Positions 11,701-22,619 of a DNA stretch of 64,000 bases are shown here, piece after piece. Under the pieces are notes generated by a model, which made no database searches, was not told the DNA's origin, and was given only the letters and a program-made list of their open reading frames with translations. Location of the stretch: positions 12,152,001-12,216,000 of the forward strand of contig NC_135830.1 in the NCBI RefSeq assembly GCF_964213995.1, given 5' to 3'. How positions within the stretch are numbered: the first letter of the stretch is position 1; each line of letters begins with the position of its first letter. The DNA is from Mustelus asterias (Eukaryota). Position numbers and translations under genes: made by a program.

Positions 11701-12340
11701 TTTAGTTTTACCTGTAATTATCAATTATGGTTTTCAAAAATACCATTGGAATAAAGCCTGCCTGATTTCAGCATATAATCATGCGTCAAGCAGTTTCAGA
11801 CGCGAAGACTGTTTGTATTCAATCACAAGGTGTGTAACAGCTCAGTGTCACCGAGTTTAAATAATGCAGAATCGCCAAACCATTTCAAAAATTTTACTTA
11901 TTCAAAGTCACCCAGACCCACAATTTCCTCAACAGAAAAAAATATGCATCACTGAACCCCGCATAATGCAGAAGCAGCTCAATTCTACAAACACTTTCAA
12001 CAGAATCAAATGTAACATTGACAGCAAATCTCAAATTTAAATCCAGCCAATCCGCTCATCACCAAACTAATCAATGATTAAATTAACAGAAATATGTCAG
12101 AACCACGCCAGCATTGCGAGTAAGCGGAATATGATCACTCAATTAATACAGAATCTTTAACACATTTTTAAAATATTGGATTAGATTTCAAATGCGTGTG
12201 CAGCAGATGGTACAACCCGCAGCCACTAGATGTCACCGAGTTTATACACTGCAGAAACGTCGAACTGTTTAACAGAAGTTAGAGAGTAACTTTTAAAGTA
12301 ACCCAGCCACACAATGTCCTCAGCAGATAAACACCAAAAT
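8760..12340. repeat. Multimerised AT-rich blocks in the J-C intron
   Basis: 8760-9010 ~ 10085-10335; block gtgtaaccg.tcagt.tca..gagttt.aacaat.cagaa at about 10505, 11203, 11831 and (partial) 12231; 11210-11640 ~ 11835-12230. Confidence 0.8.
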
Positions 12341-12559
12341 ACAACAACCAAGGATTGAATCCCTCAGCATCTCCTTGTCAATTAACAGTAGAATTTTATA
12401 ACCCCCATTTTAAGCATAATCACATGAAACATTGTTAAGATTTTTAGTACAGAATCCACCAAACCACATTTCAGTGAACAAATGAATTAATAAAATCGAT
12501 AAAAAATATAAAACAAAAGTTCAAGGAAAACAGTTACTAAATAATTGCATGGTTCCTAC

Positions 12560-12607
12560 CTGCAGTCACCGTCACCATGGTCCCTTGTCCCCAGTAGCCA
12601 AAGTAGT
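12560..12607 (-). CDS. IGHJ: JH segment (YFGYWGQGTMVTVTA)
   Basis: WGxG motif; donor G|GTAGGA at 12560/12559; 5' RSS with heptamer 12608-12614, 23-nt spacer, nonamer ACAATAACT 12638-12646. Confidence 0.97.
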
Positions 12608-13000
12608 CACAGTGTCACATTCGCTTGGCTGGATCATACAATAACTGGCCCTGCAAAAAATAGACAGAAAAGCCGCCATTATTTTAAATATTCACAAACC
12701 CGAGGAAAAGCAAAGTCAATTAATATTCATGAGATTATTATTGTAATTGTGGATACCGTTCGCTCTACATAAATAACCCTTATGTTTTGTATTTCACCGG
12801 GTATAACATGAACATGTTATTGAAAACACCAAATGATAATTGAATAGTTATCATAAATTTTCCATTTGATTCTCGCTGTTTGTACAGAGCTGGACATAAA
12901 TATTACAGCACTGCAAATAATTTTGGATGGTAAAACAGAGCACTGACCCAGTCTCGGTCAATTAGTGCTGAGGGTTTTTGTATTGACAGTAACTGTTGTG

Positions 13001-13013
13001 CCACCCCAGTTAT
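13001..13013 (-). other. IGHD: DH2 segment ATAACTGGGGTGG with 12/12 RSS
   Basis: 5' RSS: heptamer 13014-13020, 12-nt spacer, nonamer ACAAATACT 13033-13041. 3' RSS: CACAACA 12994-13000, 12-nt spacer, ACAAAAACC 12973-12981. Confidence 0.93.
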
Positions 13014-13392
13014 CACAGTGAGACACAGCATGACAAATACTGAGTCTGACTGCTGACTGTAAAATACAGAGATTTAATTTCACTGCTCTCTCAAAAATCT
13101 GATTCTGCCTCTTCTAAGAGCGAATGAGTGAGATATTGTAGCTTGTCCAAGTCATTATATTTACAAGGGGTATCGGAATGCTTTTAAACCCTCTATGTAG
13201 ATTTAGCATATCGTTCAACACAGATTTTACGGGAAGATTTTTATACCTTTTCACAAACTAATATTGCTTCTGCGCATTATTTCATTGAAGCCTCTTTTAC
13301 TTTGAAAATCCTGCTGTGGTGCTGATCACCAATTTGAGCGATCTCTTTCCATGAGGTTTTTGTATGAGGATGTCGCTGTGCTCAGCACTGTG

Positions 13393-13406
13393 ACCCACTG
13401 CTGTAT
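13393..13406 (-). other. IGHD: DH1 segment ATACAGCAGTGGGT with 5' 12-RSS and 3' 22-RSS
   Basis: 5' RSS: heptamer 13407-13413, 12-nt spacer, nonamer ACAAAAACT 13426-13434. 3' RSS: CACAGTG 13386-13392, 22-nt spacer, ACAAAAACC 13355-13363. Confidence 0.95.
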
Positions 13407-13806
13407 CACAGTGACAGACACTCGCACAAAAACTGCACTTACTTTCTGTTCAGTACTGCCGCTCAATATTCACTTCAAATAGACCATTATTCGTGATGTA
13501 AATTACACTTCATGCAACAGTTTACAAAACACAATCTAAAAACATCTCCTCCAAGTATCAGAAATAGTATAACGAGCATTATATCCAGGTGTGTAATTGC
13601 TGAAACTGTTAACAGTAAATATAAACAGAGTGAAAAGCTCAGCCCATTATGTCTGTGTGTTTTCTTGGTTTAATGTTTAATTTTCACTAAGTTGGGTTTG
13701 TCAGAAGCAGTTTGTGTTTTGCTTCTGATCACTGTCGTTAGTGTTATATTTAAAACAGATACTGACCTTCAGGTTATGATGAAAGTTGCTGAATTCCCTC
13801 TCGAGC

Positions 13807-13845
13807 TGTTCTTGTTCGGGTCCATCCCTAGATCCTCTCGCTGTG
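13807..13845 (-). other. VH 3' recombination signal, 23-bp spacer
   Basis: Heptamer CACAGCG (13839-13845), spacer 13816-13838 (23 nt), nonamer ACAAGAACA (13807-13815). Confidence 0.93.
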
Positions 13846-14150
13846 GTCTCTTGCACAGTAATAGATGGCGGTGTCTTCGGTCTTCAGCCTCGTCATTTCC
13901 AAAGAGAAGATGTTGCTTGAAGTGTCTTTGGACGCAGTAAATCGATCCTTAATTGCTGGGGCGTAGTTGTTGCTGGATGAAGTATAGTACCTCACCAGCC
14001 ACTCCAACCCCTGTCCTGGAACCTGTCGGATCCAGTACATGCTGTAGCTGCTAAGATCGAAGCCGCTGGTTTTACAGGTCAGTGTCAGGGAGCCTCCTGG
14101 ACGCCCGGTCTCTGCCTCTGGCTGAGTCAGCACAACCTGCGTCTGGACAC
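13846..14150 (-). CDS. IGHV: VH exon (L-part2 + V): [53 protein letters not shown]...[11 protein letters not shown]
   Basis: Acceptor TTTTTACAG at 14151-14159; open frame with canonical Cys, WIRQ and YYCAR; followed directly by an RSS. Confidence 0.97.
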
Positions 14151-14282
14151 CTGTAAAAATAGATCAAAAAACCCGAGGATTAATCCTGGTGTAATGATTT
14201 TTGAGTCGGGAATATTACAGAGATGGACTAAAACTGAGACAGTAACTGTGGGAGACTTAGACAATGAAAAATAACTACTCAC

Positions 14283-14328
14283 CGGATAAGAAAGTCAGCA
14301 ACAAACTGAGAGAAATCGCCGACCTCAT
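14283..14328 (-). CDS. IGHV: IgH leader exon (MRSAISLSLLLTFLS-G)
   Basis: ATG at 14326-14328, hydrophobic 15-codon signal peptide, 46 nt, phase-1 donor G|GTGAGT at 14283/14282. Confidence 0.95.
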
Positions 14329-14379
14329 CCTTCTGGTGATTTGGGGGAAATGGTTGTGTCAGGAACTCAGTGAACAAAC

Positions 14380-14520
14380 CAGCTCCCGGACTGTTGGATT
14401 CCGGTCCCAGTGAGCGGCATTTAAATACCCGGCAGAAGGGGGCGGCTTTCCAGGCGCCGCCTGTTGATTCCCTGCTGGAGGCGGCGACTGGATCCAGGTC
14501 CCACCTTCCACACCCAACAG
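14380..14520 (-). promoter_or_regulatory. VH promoter (TATA-like box plus GC/CACCC boxes)
   Basis: TATTTAAAT at 14419-14427, about 90 nt upstream of the ATG; GGGGCGG at 14439-14445; CACACCC at about 14509-14515; local CpG enrichment. Confidence 0.6.
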
Positions 14521-17389
14521 AATGGACTTCCAGATTTACAATAGGTTAATATTAAAATGGACATTTTGTCTGTGTCGGGATATTTGTTTGGCTGAATATG
14601 TTAATTGTATTGTCTCCATTATTTCTGATGGTGATATTGCAGTTCATCATTTCTTTATTTAAAATAACTAATTCCATTGTAGGTGATTTTATTACCACGC
14701 CCCCAAGAAGAGCACAAATCTGAAAATGATGAAATAACATTTTTGGAAAATAAAGAGACCGTCAGTCTGTGTTGCAACAATTCCGGGTCTCTGTCACATT
14801 ACAATAATAAAGCATAATTTATCAGAAGAATTTTTACCGATTTCTGTAACTGAATGCGGAGTATGAACAAAGTGATTGCATTTACAGTGCGGATGGCTAT
14901 CACTGTACAGTTTGGGTTTGGAGATGAGAAGAAACTCTCACACAATACAATGTTTCTCCTTATATTTGTCAAACTGCCCCAATCTCGAAGACAGCCCTTT
15001 GAAAATAATAAGAATTCCGCCCTCCTGATAATTAAATAGTGAGTTGACAGAGAAACATAAAATTAACATCGACTTTTGACAGAGAAGTTAATGAATGGAA
15101 CGGACACGAAGATCATTAAAGTTCTCCTTCAGCATCCAAATCATTGCAGGTCACCCTATCGGCCACCGGCTGTCTAACATTCGCTGGTATTGCGAACACA
15201 GGATATCAGGGCTTTGCGGCACATTGCACAATATCACAAGAATAAATGTTTTATCTTCCATTGAATCAGGTTATGAACTGATCATTTCTCCACTCATTGG
15301 CAGCTATGATTGGAACTCTTCAATAACAGGAATCAGATTATACTGTACAATAGAATAGGGTGTTAATCAGGTACAAGAGACGCTGCTGTTTAAGTGTGAT
15401 ACAGAACGTTCAGAATATTCCAGGAATTCCCGCTGTTCATGTCAGTTTTATGCTGTTCTCTTCATATTATATTTCGATGCATTTTATGCCATTGCACTGA
15501 TTTCAATTGACTGGGGAAATGGGACCATCAACATCTCTCTCTCGCATTTCATGAAGTGGTTAATAAACAGACTTTAAGTATTGGAATGACATTTACTTGG
15601 AAGTTATACAAATGAAAAAGCATCTGGTCACTTTATTGTTTTGCGATACTATTTACTCACATAATGAACAGGACATTGAATGAAAATATTTGATTAGAAT
15701 GATTACGATTTAAAATGTGTCATTCTTGTGGGAATGAAACATTTATTGTTTAAATGGCTGAATCCCATTTTGTCCATTTAGGTTCACGCTAATCTGTCCC
15801 ACACAGTATTTGGCAGCAATCCAGGCTGCTGTCAAATGCTCAAAGTTATTGACAGGAAGCATCTGGGGGTGTTGTGCAGCAGAACAAAGATCTGTTTCCT
15901 CAGTACTGACCGCTTGGCTGCAAGCCAACTTAAAACCCTTCACATTGTCAATGAGGCCTATTTATAAATAAATCTACCCAGTAACAGGACTGGAGGCACT
16001 TTAATTTTTAAAAGTAGTAAATCTGGATGAATTTTTCCCATCTCTAATGAAGGAATTTCATGCAGCTTCTCTGGCACCCTGTTGGCAACAATGGTGATTT
16101 TTCCAACACATCAGGATATTGTGATAGATGGATAGAAAGAATTACAGGCAAACTGAGAAATGTCTCAGAGAGACGATACATGAACATGTATGTTTGTATT
16201 TTCTTTCCCTTTATCTTTCCATGGGATGTTTGGATGCAAAGACCGGCACTTTTTGTCTGTCCCAAATTCCCTTGAACTGACTGGTTTTCTAGGCCACTTC
16301 TGAACATATTAAGGAGTCAGCTATTTTGCTGTCCATCTGGAGTCACATCCTTGTGACACCAGGTAGCGATGGCAGATTTCACTCATTGGGGAATCAGAGA
16401 GGGTCCGATGGTCGCCATTTGTATCTGTTCCCTATTTATTATTTGAATTCAAATTCCACCAGCTGCAATGCTCCGATTTAAATCCCTGTCCCCACATCAT
16501 TGTCCTGGGCCTCTGGATCACTGGGCCACTTCAATTAATATTACGTCACCATCTGCGCAAACAATAAATGAATGATTGTGTTGATGCAAGAATGAATGAC
16601 CGTTGAATGAATGATATGAATATCAATTGGATTGCTGAAGATTTTGATGGAGGAATCAGTGAACGGATGGATGCATTGTTAAATGGTACTGAAAGATGCT
16701 GTTCCACATTCACATATTTGTACTTGACTGGTTCATAAATTGAAACAGTTCCTTGATTCCATTTCTGTCAGTGTAATAACTTCAATACTTCCAGAGGGTC
16801 TGGGTGAAATCAAACCCGATTTTCCAGGGAGTTAGCAAACTGATCCTCACGAAAAGAAGAGGGGATTTTCCTGCGGCACGGATGGTTCATTTCTCTGCTG
16901 ATGCTGAATATTCATATCCAAGATCGAAAGAGGGAACATGATTTGGCTGAGGAGGGAGGATTGTAATATTTGAAACATGTACAGCTAATCACTCAACATG
17001 CCCTCACCCAAATTAGTGAAGGTAACAGGCTGTAAATAAATAATGTGGCAACAGATATATTGTGAAACTCACTGGACAACTACAAGTGTTACATTATTTC
17101 CCAAAACAATGTAATAATGAATCGGGATTTAAAAATTCAGTAAAATCATATAAGGTGCCAGGTAGTTTAATTTTGATCATCACTTTGGAAATCATCACAT
17201 CAGCTATATATCAGGAGTTTAAAGCGCAGAGACTGCTGGGTAGCGACTCATGATCCTCAGTCTAAATTCATTCAATTTCCCACTGCATTCTGGGACAGGT
17301 TTCTATCCTTGGTGACAAAAAGGCCAATACAATGTCAAGAAATGTTAATATCAATGAATTATTCAAAGCAAAGTTGTATAGAATGAAAC

Positions 17390-17915
17390 ACTGAAAACAA
17401 GCAGAAAATGCTGGAAAATCTCAGCAGATCTGACAGCATCTATGGAGACAGAATAGACCCAACGTTTCGAGTCTGGATGACGCTTCAGCAGAGTGTTCCT
17501 AATGCGTTGGAGAGATTATCATTGTTCCTAACAAGGTGTCAGACAAGTTGCATAACTTTCTTGTGATATGTGAATAGTTCAAAGAGGTACTGTTTAATTA
17601 TATGCACTATTTCGAGCCACACACAAGCTGCATCAACTTACATACCGATCCCAAATATCATAATCAACTTATCCATGTTAACTAACCAAATCAACGTCTC
17701 AATCACTAACTATATCCTAAAGAAACTTCCTAATCCCTTTCCAACCTCGTCAGTTCCCAATGTCATCGCCCTCTTCAATTTTCTCCAACTAAAAAAGGGT
17801 CATCCTGATTCGAAATTTTGACTCTATTCTCTCACCACAGATGTTGTCAGACCTGTTGAGATTTTCAGAATTTATTGTTTTTGTTTCAGTTTCCAGAATC
17901 CGCCATGTTTTTCAT
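17390..17915. mobile_element. Penelope-like element with inverted terminal repeats
   Basis: 17395-17492 and 17790-17910 are reverse complements of each other and match the 27198-27407 hairpin family. Confidence 0.6.
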
Positions 17916-18369
17916 TTATTAAAATGCTGAATATAATTGGTGAAATAATTGTTTATCTGTATTAATTGATGTTAATTGGTGAATTGGAACTTCCCCGCCT
18001 GGATATTCCCCTCCAGACGCTCATAAACCTGACTTGGACATATATTACCGCTCCTTTACTGTCGCTGGGTCGGAATCCAGGAGAACCCTTCCTAACAGCA
18101 CTGTGGGTGTACCTACACTGCAGGTTGTGCAGCGGTTCAAGAAGGCGGCTAACCACCAGCTGACCGAATGCACTTAGCAATGTGAAATAAATTATAACTT
18201 AGACAGTCACCCACCTTCCATAAAGTAATTTTAAATAGACTAACCTTTGTGAATGAATGAGAATTGGTGAATGCATTTATTAAATTGTGAATGGACGGTC
18301 ATTAGTGAAAATAATTACTATCTTTCTGAACATTTATGACATTCTCCTTATTTGCTGGAAGATTTAAGG

Positions 18370-18675
18370 TTTGTAGTTCATTTATTAATGTCACAAGTAG
18401 GCTTACATTAACAGTGCTTTGAAGTCACTGTGAAAATCCCCGAGTCGCCACACTGTAGCGTCTGTTCGGGTACACTGAGGGAGAATTTAGCCTGGCCAGC
18501 GCACATTACCAGCATGCCTGTTCGGACTGTGCAGGAAACTGGACCACCCAGAAGAAATCCACGCATAAACGGGGAGAAAGTACAGACTCCGCACAGACAC
18601 TGACCCACGCCGGGAACCAAACCAGTGGCCCTGGCACTGTGAGGCAACAGAGCTAACCACTGTGCCACCATGGCA
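18370..18675 (-). mobile_element. tRNA-derived SINE
   Basis: Reverse complement of the family at 39884-40165 and 49140-49410. Confidence 0.8.
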
Positions 18676-19279
18676 CCCACCATTCCATAAGACATGCATG
18701 ATTCAAATTTATCACACTTTTTGCAAAGTAAACCGATGGAAGAGACTGTTGCAACTACAGGCATATCTCAGTCATAACATCACGGGAAAGATCTTTGCTG
18801 GGGTCACACTTGAAATACATCATCTGCTTGCAGAGCGGGTATATCTGATGTGCAGTTTAGTGATTATACTGGAAGATTTACTCCAGCCAACAACTTCTCC
18901 ATGTTCCATATATGTCCATATCTTTAACGTACTTCGGTCAATCTCGCTAATACATGCAACACCGTCAGCAGGGCAAGGAATACAGGATTTTGGTGATAAC
19001 TGGTTCTACAACAAAGCTAATATCCAATCATGATACAAAAACGATAACACACAATGACGAATGGCAGCTTAAAGGGCAGCAGTTGTGGCCGAACTAACTT
19101 TTCAAAAATTGGCCTCCTCAATCATCAGAAAAGGTGACATATGTAAAGGAAGCCAATCTGAATTGGATGTGTTTATTGTGTGTCCGTCATGTAGTGTAAA
19201 TGGAAGGATGCACGTGATCATTGTGGAATTAATTTGTATCAAACACGATGTATTTCACACAACACACACACACAAGATG

Positions 19280-19895
19280 CTCAATTTGGGTCCCGCAAGG
19301 AGCACTCGATTCCAGAAATTATCTGGAAAGAGTCCAAATTTGGATTTAAAAAAATAAATTAAAAAGGTGAATAGAGAGTGCCTGCCCTTGACATCGACAC
19401 AGCGTCTGACCGTTTGTGGCATCAAGGAGCCCGAGCGAAACTGCAGTCAATGGGAATCAGAGGGAACAGAGTCCACTGCCTGAGTCATACTGAGCACAAT
19501 GGAAGATGATTGTTGATGGCCAATCATGCCAGTCACACGCATTGCTGCAGGAATTCTTCAGGTTAGTGACCTCGCCCCAAGCTTCAGCCTTCATCAAAGT
19601 TCAGAAGTGGAATTTTCACTGATGATTGCACAAAGTTCAGCACCAGTCACAGCTCCTCAGATACTGAAACAGTCTGTGTCCATTTGCAGTAAGACTTCGA
19701 AAACATTTAGTCTTTGGATAATGAATGACAAGGAACATTCATGCACCACAAGTGGCAGGCAATGACAGTCTCCAATGAGGGAGATTCCAAACCACTCCCC
19801 ATGACATTAAATGGCATTACCCATCGCTGAATTCGCCCACTATCAACATCCTGGGAATTATAATTCGTGAAAATCTGAACGGAGACAGACGTTGA
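19280..19895 (+). mobile_element. Old degenerate non-LTR retrotransposon (CR1/L2 group) RT fragment; continues at about 22203-22560
   Basis: ALDI...DR.WHQG-like remnants; uninterrupted paralogue at 38450-39400. Confidence 0.65.
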
Positions 19896-19899
19896 AATC

Positions 19900-22200
19900 A
19901 TGTCCGGTCAGGTCTTCAAAGTTTCGGTAGGGGAACATGTGGCAAATAGTGACCACAATTCTGTTAACTTTAGGATAGTGATGGAAAAGGATGAGTGGTG
20001 TCCCAAGGGTAAGGTGTTGGATTGGGGAAGGCTAACTTTAGTGGGATTAGGCAGAAATTGGCAGCTCTTGATTGGGAGAGGATGTTTGAGGGTAAATCCA
20101 CATCTCGCATGTGGAAGTCTTTTAAGGAACAGTTGTTAGGGCTGCAGGACAGGCATGTGCCTGTACAAAAGAAGGATAGGAAGAGTAGGATTCGAGAACC
20201 GTGGATAACCAGGGAAATTGAGGGACTGGTCAAAAAGAAAAGAGAGGCGTATGTTAGGTTCAGGCAGCTAAAAACGGAGGGAGATCTGGAGGAGTACAAA
20301 GAACATAGGAAAGAATTCAAACGGGGAATTAGAAGGGCAAAAAGGGGTCACGACATGTCCTTGGCAGACAGGATTAAGGAGTATCCCAAGGCATTTTATT
20401 CATACGTTAGGAACAAAAGGGTTGTCAGGGAAAAAATCGGACCTCTCAGGGACAAAAGTGGGGAATTATGCTTGGAGCCCAAAGAAGTAGGGGAGATCCT
20501 AAATGAATACTTTGCTTCGGTATTCACAAAGGAGAGGGATGTGTTGACTCGGAGTGTCTCGGAGGGGAGTGTTGAACCGTTGGAGAAAATCTCCATTACA
20601 AGGGAGGAAGTGTTAGGTTTGTTAGAGAATATAAAGTCTGACAAATCCCCAGGGCCTGATGGAATCTGTCCAAGGCTGCTCAGGGAGACGAGAGATGAAA
20701 TCGCTGGGCCTCTGATGTAAATCTTTGTCTCATCACTGGACACAGGTGAGGTCCCAGAGGATTGGAGGATAGCTAATGTGGCCCCGTTATTTAAGAAGGG
20801 TAGGAAGGATAACCCAGGTAATTATAGGCCGGTGAGCTCGACGTCCGTGGTGGGGAAGTTGTTGGAGAAGATTCGTAGAGATCGGATGTATGCGCATTTA
20901 GAAAGGAATAAACTCATTCACGATAGTCAGCATGGTTTTGTGAGAGGGAGGTCATGCCTCACTAACCTGGTGGAGTTTTTTGAAGAAGTGACTAGAATGG
21001 TTGACGAGGGAAGGGCCGTGGAAATCGTCTATATGGACTTTAGTAAAGCGTTTGACAAAGTCCCTCATGGTAGGCTGGTGCAAAAGGTTGGATCTCATGG
21101 GATGAAGGGGAGGTGGCTAGATGGGTGGAGAACTGGCTTGGTCACAGAAGACAGAGGGTGGTAGTGGAAGGGTCTTTTTCCGGCTGGAGGCCTGTGACTA
21201 GTGGTGTTCCGCAGGGCTCTGTATTGGGACCTCTGCTGTTTGTGATTTATATAAACGATCTGGAAGAAGGTGTAACTGGGGTGATCAGTAAGTTTGCGGA
21301 CGACACAAAATTGGCAGGATTTGCAGATAGTGAGGAGCATTGTCAGAGGCTACAGAAGGATATAGATAGGCTGGAAATTTGGGCAAAGAAATGGCAGATG
21401 GAGTTCAATCCTGATGAATGCGAAGTGATGCATTTTGGTAGAAATAATGTAGGGAGGAGCTATACGATAAATGGCAGAACCATAAAGGGTGTAGAAACGC
21501 AGAGGGACCTGGGTGTGCAAGTCCACAGATCTTTGAAGGTGTCGTCACAGGTGAAGAAGGTGGTGAAGAAGGCATAATGCATGCTTGCCTTTATAGGACG
21601 GGGCATGGAGTATAAAAGTTGGGGTCTGATGTTGCAGATGTATAGAACGTTGGTTCGGCCGCATTTGGAATACTGCGTCGAGTTCTGGTCGCCACACTAC
21701 CAGAAGGACGTGGAGGCTTTGGAGAGAGTACAGAAGAGGTTTACCAGGATGTTGCCTGGTATGGAGGGGCTTAGTTCTGAGGAGAGATTGGGTAAACTGG
21801 GGTTGTTCTCACTGAAAGACGGAGGATGAGTGGAGACTTAATAGAGGTGTATAAAATTATGAAAGGCATAGATAGGGTGAACGGTGGGAAGCTTTCCCCC
21901 AGGTCGGTGGTGACGTTCACGAGGGGTCATAGGTTCAAGGTGAAGGGGGGGGGGGAGGTTTAACACAGATATCAGAAGGACATATTTTACACAGAGGGTC
22001 GTGGGGGCCTGGAATGCGCTGCCAGGCAAGGTGGTGGAGGCGGACACACTGGGAACGTTTAAGACTTATCTAGATAGCCACATGAACAGAGTGGGAATGG
22101 AGGGATACAAAAGAATGGTCTAGTTTGGACCAGGGAGCGGCACGGGCTTGGAGGGCCGAAGGGCCTGTTCCTGTGCTGTATTGTTCTTTGTTCTTTGTTC
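19900..22200 (+). mobile_element. Young CR1-type (HER1-like) LINE, 5'-truncated, ORF2 with stops and frameshifts
   Basis: ORFs 20022-21829 with KSPGPDG, NYRPVS, QHGF, YMDFSKAFDKV, GVPQGSVLGP, KFADD; (ttgttct)n tail at about 22181-22200. Confidence 0.95.
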
Positions 22201-22619
22201 TATGTGGCCACACCAGCAGGTCAGACGCTCGGAGTTCTGCTGTGAACAACGCACATCCTGAATTCCCAACTCCTATCCATCATCTACAAGGCAAAAGACA
22301 TGAGTATGAACAAATATCACAGAACAGTAAAGCACAGGAACAGGCCCTTCGGCCCACCAAGTCTGTGCCGACACAGATGATTGAATATTCTCTACTTGCC
22401 TGACTTGTGCCACTCAAAATCTCAATGTCATTCTGGAGAAAGGAGCTGGCTCGAAGAACACCCCACCCACCAGCTTCCCAAAGCTTGCCACCACATTCTC
22501 AAAGGAATTCATGTTTTGGCAAAAAAGCTGACTTTCCCAGTGACATCAAAATGACAACAATTTTAAACATACCATATCTCTGCCTATATTCAACTAGCTT
22601 CTTCCTCTGTCTATTCCAG

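Larger units (their letters stand above)
461..14328 (-). pseudogene. IGHM: Cartilaginous-fish IgM heavy-chain cluster (L-VH-D1-D2-JH-CH1-CH2-CH3-CH4/secretory tail) in germline configuration; premature stop in CH4
   Basis: Single V, two D and one J within 1.8 kb, each with RSS, followed by four C1-set exons with phase-1 splice sites and a tailpiece ending NSCQ*. In-frame TAA at 689-691. Confidence 0.9.

Noticed and set aside
12560-14150. Germline-joined VDJ (as in some shark clusters)
   Set aside because: V, D1, D2 and J are separate, with intact RSSs and intervening DNA.
15807-16187. Faint resemblance of VSSVLTAWLQ / LKVVNLDEFF to RalGDS-family RasGEF motifs
   Set aside because: Spacing is inconsistent and there are several stops; cannot be supported without a database search.
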